From Candidatus Omnitrophota bacterium (GTDB taxonomy: Bacteria > Omnitrophota > Gorgyraeia > Duberdicusellales > 4484-171), in the NCBI GenBank assembly GCA_014729775.1, contig WJJJ01000013.1, positions 2,947-66,946 of the forward strand: a DNA stretch of 64,000 bases, read 5' to 3'. The position numbers and the translations under genes are program-made. The notes under the pieces were generated by a model. That model made no database searches. It was not told where the DNA came from and worked only from the letters and a program-made list of their open reading frames with translations. Below are positions 45,274 through 52,782 of this stretch, piece after piece (within the stretch, counting starts at the first letter, position 1; each line of letters opens with the position of its first letter).

Positions 45274-45864
45274 ATGGAAATGCATTCATTCTTTTCATCC
45301 GACTTCTTCTCTCTGGTCTGTATCCCTCTCGCGATTTTTCTGGTGCGCATTGTCGACGTGAGCATGGGGACGCTGCGCATTATTTCCGTGTCGCAGGGTG
45401 CCCGGTCCCGTGCGGCAATTTTAGGATTTTTCGAAGTATTAATATGGCTTGTTGCCTTGAGCCAGTTGATACGGGAAGGTTCCAGTCTGATTCATTATTT
45501 TGCCTATGCCGCCGGTTTCGGGACCGGAACGTTCGTGGGTGTTTCGATCGAAAAACGCGTCGGTTACGGGAAATTGCTGATACGCGTCATCGTGTCCTCG
45601 GATGCGGCCCGGCTGATGGAGACCTTAAGAGAACGCGGCTACGGGGTTACTACTATTCGGGCGCAGGGAACCAAGGGGCCGGTTACGATCATCTTCACGG
45701 TGGCCAAACGCAATTGCGTCACCGATATCCTTAAAATCATTACCAGATGCAACCCGAAAGCGTTCTATACGATCGAAAATATCAATTTCGCCAGTGCCCG
45801 CTCTTTTCTTGTGCCGGCGTCCCGGCCGTCAGTGCCGGGTTACTTTTTCCAGAAAAGAAAATAA
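45274..45864 (+). CDS. UPF0316/DUF2179-type membrane protein
   Basis: Three TM helices then a compact C-terminal domain (GVTTIRAQGTKGPVTIIFTVAKRN) as in YebE/DUF2179 proteins. Confidence 0.45.
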   Translation: MEMHSFFSSDFFSLVCIPLAIFLVRIVDVSMGTLRIISVSQGARSRAAILGFFEVLIWLVALSQLIREGSSLIHYFAYAAGFGTGTFVGVSIEKRVGYGKLLIRVIVSSDAARLMETLRERGYGVTTIRAQGTKGPVTIIFTVAKRNCVTDILKIITRCNPKAFYTIENINFASARSFLVPASRPSVPGYFFQKRK

Positions 45865-46052
45865 GGAAAATCCTTGGCGCATCGGATTCAGGATATTTCG
45901 TGCTTGATCCTGGGTTTTTGATTCCGGATGCTGGATGGGGAGAGGAGAAGTAAAAGATAAGAAGGAAGAAATACGAGGAGGGAAGAGAGAATCCGCATTC
46001 CCGTGCCGCGCAGATGGCAGGGGAGTAGAGTTTGGTAAGAGAGGAGGAAAGA

Positions 46053-46325
46053 ATGGATTGGAAAGTTTTTGCGGCGACATTCGGCGCGATCTTTCTGGCG
46101 GAGCTCGGGGATAAGACCCAGATGGCGAATCTGTGTTTCGCGGCACAGTCTAAATCGCTGATGAGCGTGTTCTTCGCGTCGGTGCTGGGATTTGCCGCGG
46201 TGACGTTGCTTACCATGATTTTTGCCGGGGCGGTGTGCCGGTATGTGCACCCGGAACATATTCGTTATGGAGCTGCATCTCTGTTTATTCTTGCGGGAAT
46301 ACTGACGTTCGCGGGGAAACTATAG
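46053..46325 (+). CDS. UPF0016 (GDT1/TMEM165-like) half-size cation transporter subunit
   Basis: E-x-G-D-(KR)-T motif in AELGDKTQMA; three TM segments; ATG 46053 (alt TTG 46032). Confidence 0.7.
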   Translation: MDWKVFAATFGAIFLAELGDKTQMANLCFAAQSKSLMSVFFASVLGFAAVTLLTMIFAGAVCRYVHPEHIRYGAASLFILAGILTFAGKL

Positions 46326-46331
46326 GCGGTT

Positions 46332-47102
46332 ATGGAAAATGGTTTGACCTTCGACCGTATCTGGATTCCGTTTTTATTGACCTGCCTGGCGGGGTTCTCC
46401 ACGGGATTGGGGAGTATCCTCGCCTTCTGCGTAAAAGATTTCAAGGACTCCTATTTCCGGTTTTCCCTCGGGCTTTCCGCAGGAGCGATGGTGTACATAT
46501 CATTTGTGGAACTCTTATCTTCCGCCGTAGCTTCGGTAGGATTCCTGGGCGCGAATATCTGGTTTTTTATCGGCATTTTTTTTATTCTTTTGATCGATTT
46601 TCTTATTCCGCATCAGTACGGAGAGGAACGGGTTGAAGGGGCGGCGCCCGGGAAGAAGATGATGAACGCCGGCATGGTGATCGCGTTGGGGCTTGCCATT
46701 CATAATTTTCCCGAGGGACTCGCGGTATTCATGAGTTCTCTGGGGGATATTCGCTTAGGGCTTCCTCTGGCCGTGGCAATCGCTATTCATAATATTCCCG
46801 AAGGAGTCGCGGTGTCTACTCCGATCTACTACGCCACAGGCAGCCGGAAAAAGGCCTTTTGGTTTTCGTTCCTTTCGGGCGTTGCCGAACCGATAGGTGC
46901 CTTGGCGGGGATTTTCTTGCTCTTTCCCTATTTGAACGAGCAGATCATGGCGTATTCTTTCGCGTTTGTGGCCGGGATTATGGTGTTTATCGGGTTCGAT
47001 GAGGTGCTTCCCCTCTGTTACCGGGAAGAAGGGGCGCACTTGGCGATCAGCGGGGTGATCCTGGGAATGGCGGTAATGGCGCTGAGCATCTATTTGTTAT
47101 GA
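46332..47102 (+). CDS. zupT: ZIP-family divalent metal (zinc) transporter
   Basis: Paired HNFPEGLAVF and HNIPEGVAVS metal-binding helices typical of ZupT. Confidence 0.8.
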   Translation: MENGLTFDRIWIPFLLTCLAGFSTGLGSILAFCVKDFKDSYFRFSLGLSAGAMVYISFVELLSSAVASVGFLGANIWFFIGIFFILLIDFLIPHQYGEERVEGAAPGKKMMNAGMVIALGLAIHNFPEGLAVFMSSLGDIRLGLPLAVAIAIHNIPEGVAVSTPIYYATGSRKKAFWFSFLSGVAEPIGALAGIFLLFPYLNEQIMAYSFAFVAGIMVFIGFDEVLPLCYREEGAHLAISGVILGMAVMALSIYLL

Positions 47103-47612
47103 GGATTGCTTCTTACGTCCTGTTTTCTTTTTTCGAACGTTTTTTTTCTTCTTTTTTGGCACGAGATCCTGGTCTTTTTTCGTAACATCCGTCATCCGGT
47201 ATTCAATTGCCTTACGCGCTTCGAAGTATGCCTGAGAAATGAGTTTATGCAGATTTTCCAGGTCTTCCGGGTGCTCCCGTGACTGTTTTACCGCTTTCGT
47301 CATTTCCTTTGTGTCCACGCCGAATGTCTTCTTCGGGTACATCCCGGAAATAACCTCGCAAAAGTGAAGAGAAAGCGCCACCCGGATCGTTTCCGAAAAG
47401 CTGAGGTCGTACTCCCGGCCGATATACTGAATGTACTCAGCCAGGTAATCTTTGAGAAGTACTTGATATCGTTTTAACATTGCATCAATTATATCATTTA
47501 TTCCCGGAAAATCAACTTTTGCCGCGATGTTTTGTGTTTCTGGCGCGTGCAATCCAAATTTTCGGAAATCATTTTTCTTCTGATTTTCGTGCTGGTCTTC
47601 CTGCCCGGACAC
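47097..47612 (-). CDS. hypothetical protein with Lys-rich C-terminal tail
   Basis: 171 aa, no recognisable domain, ends KKKKKNVRKKKTGRKKQSS. Confidence 0.3.
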   Translation of the reverse strand: MSGQEDQHENQKKNDFRKFGLHAPETQNIAAKVDFPGINDIIDAMLKRYQVLLKDYLAEYIQYIGREYDLSFSETIRVALSLHFCEVISGMYPKKTFGVDTKEMTKAVKQSREHPEDLENLHKLISQAYFEARKAIEYRMTDVTKKDQDLVPKKKKKNVRKKKTGRKKQSS

Positions 47613-47613
47613 T

Positions 47614-47892
47614 TCAGACCGTGACGTCGATATTGTTCCCCAGTTCTGTCCGAAACCCTGAAAATTGCCCCACTTGAATCCGGGGGGCGATATTGACCGG
47701 ATTAATCGGCGGAGGCTGAAGGTTTACCGTTTCCCTGCGGAACTGGCTTGCCTTTTCATTGATGCCTCTCAGCAGCGAATCGGTGTTCTGCAACCGCAAC
47801 GACCTTCCGATTCGGGCTTGATCCATCCGGGAAAGAGGAGGCGAAAAATCAGGGATAGCCGGTGTCTTGAAAGGAGAGGTGAATGCTGCCAT
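47614..47892 (-). CDS. hypothetical protein (92 aa)
   Basis: Pro-rich, no motif; 1-nt gap to downstream gene. Confidence 0.25.
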   Translation of the reverse strand: MAAFTSPFKTPAIPDFSPPLSRMDQARIGRSLRLQNTDSLLRGINEKASQFRRETVNLQPPPINPVNIAPRIQVGQFSGFRTELGNNIDVTV

Positions 47893-47916
47893 CTTTCCCT
47901 CCTTTTTCTGATTCGG

Positions 47917-48222
47917 TTAATATTCTTCCGGCGCGTAAAAGTTTAACGTTCTCAGTGCGACAGCGCCGGTATTTTTTATTTCGTGTGCTTCGCCCGCTTC
48001 TATCAACAGCAGTGTCTTTTCCAGGAGAGGAGTGTGTTGTCCTGCGACGACGGCTTCACCATTTCCGGACAGGACATACATCCACTGATCGCTTTCCCGG
48101 TGACGGTTCTCCGGTCCGCCGGTCGTTTCCCCCGGCGTGAGTACCATTGTAGCTGTCTGCGACCTTCCTGTTCCTCCGAGCATACTCCACTCCTTGTCGG
48201 CCTTGATGTCATACCTTTTCAT
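47917..48222 (-). CDS. cupin-2 domain protein
   Basis: ENRHRESDQWMYVLSGNGEAVV...EAGEAHEIKNTG cupin motifs (G(X)5HXH-like...GX5PXGX2HX3N). Confidence 0.6.
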   Translation of the reverse strand: MKRYDIKADKEWSMLGGTGRSQTATMVLTPGETTGGPENRHRESDQWMYVLSGNGEAVVAGQHTPLLEKTLLLIEAGEAHEIKNTGAVALRTLNFYAPEEY

Positions 48223-48378
48223 TTCTTCCTCCTTTCAATTTTCATTATAAAGGGGAGGCTTTGGGGCGTATAGTGGCTGTTTCTGCTTTTTCCTGACTTC
48301 ATTCTGAATATGTCCCATTGGAGGAGGAAAAGACAGGGGGTTGACAGGAGAAAAACGGCGTGGTATCCTTTAACAAAG

Positions 48379-48397
48379 AATGAGAATCATTCTCAAT
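48379..48397. promoter_or_regulatory. Fur-box-like 19-bp palindrome AATGAGAATCATTCTCAAT
   Basis: About 17/19 identity to the 19-bp palindromic Fur consensus GATAATGATAATCATTATC (core AATGA.AATCATT.TCATT); lies in the divergent region between the cupin operon and the fur gene. Confidence 0.55.
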
Positions 48398-48407
48398 AAG
48401 GAGAGAA

Positions 48408-48887
48408 ATGCAGAGAAGAATGAGAGGAAGACAGGGATACGGCTGGCTGCAGGGGCGGTTGCGGCATCGAGGATACCGAATGACGCTTGCCCGGCAGGCG
48501 GCATTGCAGGTGCTGAGCCGGACAAGGGACCATCTCAGTGCCGAAGAAATTTACCAGCGGGTGCAGAGAATATCGCCGTCGGTGGGGATTGCCACGGTAT
48601 ACCGCACGCTGGAGATGCTTACTGAACTGGGACTGGTATTTAAATTCGATTTCGGCGACGGCCGGGCGAGGTATGAATTATCCCGCGGTCCCGAGGCCAA
48701 GGATCACCATCATCATTTAGTATGCACGCATTGTGGCCGGGTGATTGATTACACCGATTTCATAGACGAAGAAGTTGAGTTATTGAACAAAACAGAGCGG
48801 CATTTGGCAAAAAAATATCGGTTCGATATCAGAAAACATATTTTGCAGTTTTACGGCGTCTGTAACGAGTGCCGGAAACAGGGGTAA
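48408..48887 (+). CDS. fur: Fur-family metalloregulator (Fur/Zur-like)
   Basis: HHHLVCTHCGRVIDY...CNEC C-terminal metal sites; N-terminal winged helix; sits downstream of zupT. Confidence 0.8.
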   Translation: MQRRMRGRQGYGWLQGRLRHRGYRMTLARQAALQVLSRTRDHLSAEEIYQRVQRISPSVGIATVYRTLEMLTELGLVFKFDFGDGRARYELSRGPEAKDHHHHLVCTHCGRVIDYTDFIDEEVELLNKTERHLAKKYRFDIRKHILQFYGVCNECRKQG

Positions 48888-48901
48888 AAATTTTTTACAA
48901 T

Positions 48902-48926
48902 CTTAATGAGAATAATTCTCATTAAG
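48902..48926. promoter_or_regulatory. Fur-box-like perfect palindrome CTTAATGAGAAT-A-ATTCTCATTAAG
   Basis: 12-1-12 perfect inverted repeat sharing the AATGAGAAT/ATTCTCATT arms of the box at 48379; 30 nt upstream of the DUF5320 gene start. Confidence 0.6.
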
Positions 48927-48957
48927 GAAGGAATGAGACACAAGAAAGGAGGGAAAA

Positions 48958-49338
48958 ATGCCGAGAGGAGACGGAACAGGGCCTCAAGGATTTGGTCCCA
49001 TGACAGGACGGGCCGCGGGGTATTGCGCTGGATTTGGAGTTCCGGGCTTTATGAACGTGGGGCCGGGCAGAGGATTTGGCCGCGGATATGGTCGCGGTTT
49101 TGGCCGCGGATATGGTCGCGGTTTTGGCCGCGGATTTGGTCGCGGTTTTGGCCGCGGCGCTGGGGCGGCATGGAGACAGGATGCGTATGCCTATCCGCCG
49201 GCCGGGTATTCCGGCACCCTTTCCCCGGAGGATGAATCCCGGGCGTTACGCGCCCAGGCCGAAGGGATGGAACGTGAACTTCAGGCGGTGAAGCAGCGTC
49301 TGCAGGAATTGGAAAATCAGGCTGCTCAGGAAGAATAA
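48958..49338 (+). CDS. DUF5320-like protein with Gly-Arg-aromatic repeats and C-terminal coiled coil
   Basis: RGFGRGYGRGFGRGYGRGFGRGFGRGFGRG array then a heptad-rich tail; recalled as often found next to NifX-like and Fe-S ATPase genes. Confidence 0.5.
   Translation: MPRGDGTGPQGFGPMTGRAAGYCAGFGVPGFMNVGPGRGFGRGYGRGFGRGYGRGFGRGFGRGFGRGAGAAWRQDAYAYPPAGYSGTLSPEDESRALRAQAEGMERELQAVKQRLQELENQAAQEE
49076..49150 (+). repeat. tandem 24-bp DNA repeat (GGCCGCGGATATGGTCGCGGTTTT x3+) encoding the GFGRGYGR motif
   Basis: Directly visible: tttggccgcggatatggtcgcggttttggccgcggatatggtcgcggttttggccgcggatttggtcgcgg. Confidence 0.8.
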
Positions 49339-49408
49339 CGGAAGAAGGGCACGCCGGGGTGAGTAAGATCCTTGGCGTGCCGCTTCCTGTTTAAGAAAGG
49401 AGTACGGT

Positions 49409-49795
49409 GTGCGTATTGCGATTTCAACTGATTCCGGTCAGGTGTCGGCGCATTTCGGCCGTTGTCCGGAATTCACTCTCGTGGATGTGGAAGAGGGAAA
49501 AGAACTGTCCCGCAGGGTTATTGCCAATCCCGGCCATCATCCCGGATTTTTACCTCAGTTCCTGCGCGATCAGCAGGTTGCGGTGATCATTGCCGGCGGA
49601 ATGGGTCCCCGGGCGCAGGCATTATTTACCGAGCAGGGAATACAAATGATTTTCGGGGTATCCGGTTCGGTCGAGAACGCCGTTTCTCAGTTTCTGAGCG
49701 GAACACTCGTGAAGGGGCAGAGTGCGTGTACTCCCGGATCCGGCCGGGGATACGGAGTGGAGAAGTCTGAGTGCAGCCATGAAGAGGAGAAGTGA
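49409..49795 (+). CDS. NifX/NifB-C-terminal-like dinitrogenase FeMo-cofactor-biosynthesis domain protein
   Basis: MRIAI..DSGQVSAHFGRCPEF.LVDVEEG........N.....G..L...L.DQQV.VIIAGGMGP.A...F...GI; GTG start with RBS AAGGAG. Confidence 0.7.
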   Translation: MRIAISTDSGQVSAHFGRCPEFTLVDVEEGKELSRRVIANPGHHPGFLPQFLRDQQVAVIIAGGMGPRAQALFTEQGIQMIFGVSGSVENAVSQFLSGTLVKGQSACTPGSGRGYGVEKSECSHEEEK

Positions 49796-49974
49796 AGAGG
49801 CAGCAAAAGAAGTGAGAGGCCAGGAGAGAAACAGGGTATCAGCGTGCAGGCATCAGGGGGCAGGTGATCAGAAAAGCAGCATATGAGAGAGAAGAAAGAA
49901 GATGAGATGAAGAAGTGGAGAGAAGAGGAAACAGCAGAGAAGCAAAGAATCAAAGATCACGAACAAGGAGGGGT

Positions 49975-50337
49975 ATGAAAATTTGTGTGACTGCACAGGA
50001 GAATAATTTGAACGCGGAAATTGATCCCCGTTTCGGTCGCTGTCGTTTTTTCCTTTTCGTGGATGAGGATTCGAAAGAATTCCAGGCGTATGAGAATCCG
50101 AACGCGGTGAGCGGAGGGGGTGCGGGTATTCAATCAGCTCAACAGGTCGCCGAAAGAGGAGCAAAGGCTGTCTTAACCGGCAACGTGGGGCCCAACGCCT
50201 ATCAAACCCTGCATCAGGCCGGAATCAGGGTGATTACCGGTGCTTCTGGAACGGTGCGGGACGCGTTGGAGAAATTCAGCCGGGGAGAGTATTCTGAAAG
50301 CAACGGCCCGAGCGTGGGGCCGAAATTCGGCGCGTAA
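49975..50337 (+). CDS. NifX/NifB-C-terminal-like domain protein (second copy)
   Basis: MKICVTAQENNLNAEIDPRFGRCRFFLFVDEDS...AVLTGNVGPNAYQTLHQAGIRV; RBS AAGGAGGGG. Confidence 0.7.
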   Translation: MKICVTAQENNLNAEIDPRFGRCRFFLFVDEDSKEFQAYENPNAVSGGGAGIQSAQQVAERGAKAVLTGNVGPNAYQTLHQAGIRVITGASGTVRDALEKFSRGEYSESNGPSVGPKFGA

Positions 50338-50377
50338 TCCTTAAGGGGATGAGAACCGAAAAGAGGAGAAGAGGAAG

Positions 50378-51220
50378 ATGATCGTGTCTGTGGCGAGCGG
50401 CAAGGGCGGAACGGGGAAAACTACGATTGCCGTGAATTTGGCGCTTTCGGTATCCGGAGCGCAGTTGCTTGATTGTGATGTAGAAGAGCCAAATTCACAT
50501 TTGTTTCTCCGGCCGGAATTCAGCGGGGAAAAAGAGGTTACGGTTCCTGTTCCCGCGGTTGACGCGCAGCGCTGTACCGGGTGCGGGAAGTGCGCCCAGG
50601 TGTGTCAGTATCATGCGATTGCGGTAGTGGGGGGGAAGGTGCTGGTGTTCCCGGAATTATGCCATGGATGCGGCGCGTGCGCCTATGTGTGTCCGGAGGG
50701 CGCGCTCAAGGAGGAGCCGCGCGGTATCGGTGTGGTCCAGAACGGGAAAGCGGGCGAACTTGATTTCGCGCAGGGAGTACTCCATATCGGTCAGGCGATG
50801 GCACCGCCGTTGATCAAAGCGGTGAAAAAAATGAAAGATGAACGGCTGATGACGGTCATTGATGCGCCTCCGGGAACCTCCTGTCCAATGATTACCGCCG
50901 TCAAGGATTCCGATTACGTGGTTTTAGTAACCGAACCGACGCCGTTTGGACTGAATGACCTTACGCTGGCGGTCGAGGTGGTACGGACGTTGGGGATTCC
51001 CTGCGGTGTGGTGGTGAATAAGGCTGACCTCGGTGACCGCAAGGTATTCGAGTACTGTGATCGTGAAGGTATTCCAGTACTCATGGAAATCCCGTTCAGC
51101 CGGCAAATCGCCGAAGCGTATTCTGAAGGTCGTCCTTTTGTCACGGTATTGCCGGAATGGAAGCGGCGGTTCGCGGGATTGAGAAAAATGATCGAACACC
51201 AGCGAAAGGAACCGGGATGA
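50378..51220 (+). CDS. MinD/Mrp-like P-loop ATPase with two [4Fe-4S] ferredoxin-type Cys clusters
   Basis: SGKGGTGKTT Walker A plus CTGCGKCAQVCQYHAI and CHGCGACAYVCPEGA. Confidence 0.75.
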   Translation: MIVSVASGKGGTGKTTIAVNLALSVSGAQLLDCDVEEPNSHLFLRPEFSGEKEVTVPVPAVDAQRCTGCGKCAQVCQYHAIAVVGGKVLVFPELCHGCGACAYVCPEGALKEEPRGIGVVQNGKAGELDFAQGVLHIGQAMAPPLIKAVKKMKDERLMTVIDAPPGTSCPMITAVKDSDYVVLVTEPTPFGLNDLTLAVEVVRTLGIPCGVVVNKADLGDRKVFEYCDREGIPVLMEIPFSRQIAEAYSEGRPFVTVLPEWKRRFAGLRKMIEHQRKEPG

Positions 51221-52092
51221 GACAGGTCGTGGTGATCAGTGGAAAAGGCGGCACGGGAAAGACCATCGTTACCGCTTCCTTTGCCGCGCTCGCGAAGAAT
51301 AAGATCATGGCCGATTGTGATGTGGACGCGGCAGATTTGCATTTAATGCTCGCGCCGCAGGTCCGCCAGCGACACGATTTTTTCAGCGGGGTGACCGCGC
51401 GGGTTGACCCGTCCCGCTGCGTGCAGTGCGGCCGCTGCCGGGAGGTCTGTCGGTTCGATGCGATCGGGGATGACTTTACCGTGGATCCGGTTGCCTGCGA
51501 GGGGTGCGCGTTCTGCAGTTACGTGTGTACGGAGCGCGCGGTGGAGATGAAACGAAATCTCTGCGGGCAGTGGTTTGTGTCGGATACCCGGTGCGGCCCG
51601 TTGGTACACGCGAAGCTCGGCGTAGCCGAAGAGAATTCGGGAAAATTGGTGAGTACGGTAAGGGAAAAAGCGCGTGAGATGGGAATGAAACAGAAAAGAG
51701 AATGGGTGATCATCGACGGCTCGCCGGGAATCGGGTGTCCGGTTATCGCTTCCCTGAGCGGCGTAGACTGCGCGGTTGTGGTGACCGAACCGTCGCTGTC
51801 GGGTTTACACGACGCCCGCCGGGTGATCGAGGTGGCGGTTCATTTCGGAGTGCCCGTCCGCCTGGTGATCAATAAATGGGATTTGAATCCGGATTTGACC
51901 CGCCGAATAGAAGCATATGCCTCCCAAACGGATATACCCGTGCTGGGCAAGATACGGTTCGACCCGGCGGTCGTGCAGGCGATGGTGAACGGCAGGAGTA
52001 TCGTAGAGACCGCTCAGTCTGAAACCTCCGAAACGATCCGTCACCTATGGGATGCGCTGCGGGCCGACCTTTCCGATTTTCCTTCTTCATAG
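51217..52092 (+). CDS. MinD/Mrp-like P-loop ATPase with [4Fe-4S] ferredoxin-type clusters (paralogue)
   Basis: SGKGGTGKT, CVQCGRCREVCRFDAI, CEGCAFCSYVCTERA; ATGA overlap with upstream paralogue. Confidence 0.75.
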   Translation: MRQVVVISGKGGTGKTIVTASFAALAKNKIMADCDVDAADLHLMLAPQVRQRHDFFSGVTARVDPSRCVQCGRCREVCRFDAIGDDFTVDPVACEGCAFCSYVCTERAVEMKRNLCGQWFVSDTRCGPLVHAKLGVAEENSGKLVSTVREKAREMGMKQKREWVIIDGSPGIGCPVIASLSGVDCAVVVTEPSLSGLHDARRVIEVAVHFGVPVRLVINKWDLNPDLTRRIEAYASQTDIPVLGKIRFDPAVVQAMVNGRSIVETAQSETSETIRHLWDALRADLSDFPSS

Positions 52093-52157
52093 CTGGAAAA
52101 AGCGCGCGAAGGATTGTATAATATCTGTATTTGTGAATCATTGAAAGGAGGGGACCG

Positions 52158-52466
52158 ATGCCGGATTTCGGGAATGCGTTTTCGGGATTAAAAAATGACA
52201 GAAAGCTCACCAGAGAAGAATTGATCCGTGCGGTGAGGTTCATGATCGCCGCCGAATACGAGGCGATCCAGCTGTATATGCAGCTGGCCGAATCCACGGA
52301 TCACGAACTCGTGCAGGAGGTACTGCGTGATGTTGCCGACGAGGAAAGGGTCCATGCGGGTGAATTCCTGCGCTTATTGAAGGAGCTTGCTCCGGACGAA
52401 GAGGAGTTTTATCGCGAGGGCGAAGAAGAGGTCGAAGAGGAGTTCTTGCGGAAGAAGAAACGCTGA
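52158..52466 (+). CDS. small ferritin-like/rubrerythrin-type diiron protein (EncFtn-like)
   Basis: ~100 aa; AAEYEAIQLYMQLAE and DEERVHAGEF resemble the E..E..A...Y / EE..H metal-ligand helices of ferritin-like proteins; acidic C-terminal tail. Confidence 0.45.
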   Translation: MPDFGNAFSGLKNDRKLTREELIRAVRFMIAAEYEAIQLYMQLAESTDHELVQEVLRDVADEERVHAGEFLRLLKELAPDEEEFYREGEEEVEEEFLRKKKR

Positions 52467-52470
52467 CCTT

Positions 52471-52579
52471 CCCCCCAAACTAGGTTCAACCTACGCGGTT
52501 GAACTCACCGTGAGCCCCGATCGAGAAAGGAAAATCAAGGAAACCTTGTGGTTCAACCTACGCGGTTGAACCGGGGGGG
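52471..52579. repeat. REPIN/MITE-like element: C6 - [GGTTCAACC-TACGC-GGTTGAAC] - 46-bp spacer - [GGTTCAACC-TACGC-GGTTGAAC] - G7
   Basis: Two identical 22-bp GTAG-containing palindromes (52483-52504, 52551-52572) flanked by CCCCCC/GGGGGGG; 90-bp core differs by 1 nt from the copy at 54136. Confidence 0.7.
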
Positions 52580-52782
52580 ACGGGTTCGTGGATCCGGATA
52601 TCGGGTCATCAGCAATACCAAAATTCTCTGATATTCCGGAGTGCGTGCATCTACTTTTTTCCTGTTCGCTCTGTTCGATTGCAAGGTCAACGTTTTTCCT
52701 ATACAATAGGTTTTCACCCAGGAAATAGTGTTTGTATGTGGGAGGGGCTTGATTCCCGAGGAGTGCGACGGACAGGAGGCGC

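Noticed and set aside
45231-45734. 167-aa ORF overlapping the DUF2179-type gene in another frame
   Set aside because: Cys/Arg-rich nonsense translation; the overlapping frame 45274..45864 has coherent TM helices and a compact domain.
46020-46028. yybP-ykoY manganese riboswitch upstream of the UPF0016 gene
   Set aside because: Only the GGGGAGTAG string is present, 25 nt from the start codon; no room or sequence for the remaining conserved helices. Kept as a low-interest finding to be settled by cmsearch.
52483-52504. tRNA-like T-arm resemblance (GGTTCAACC)
   Set aside because: No acceptor stem, D-arm or anticodon arm around it; sequence recurs as part of the palindromic repeat.
52387-52569. 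60-aa ORF spanning the REPIN-like element
   Set aside because: Consists of the repeat element read in one frame; no RBS; repeat element explains the sequence.
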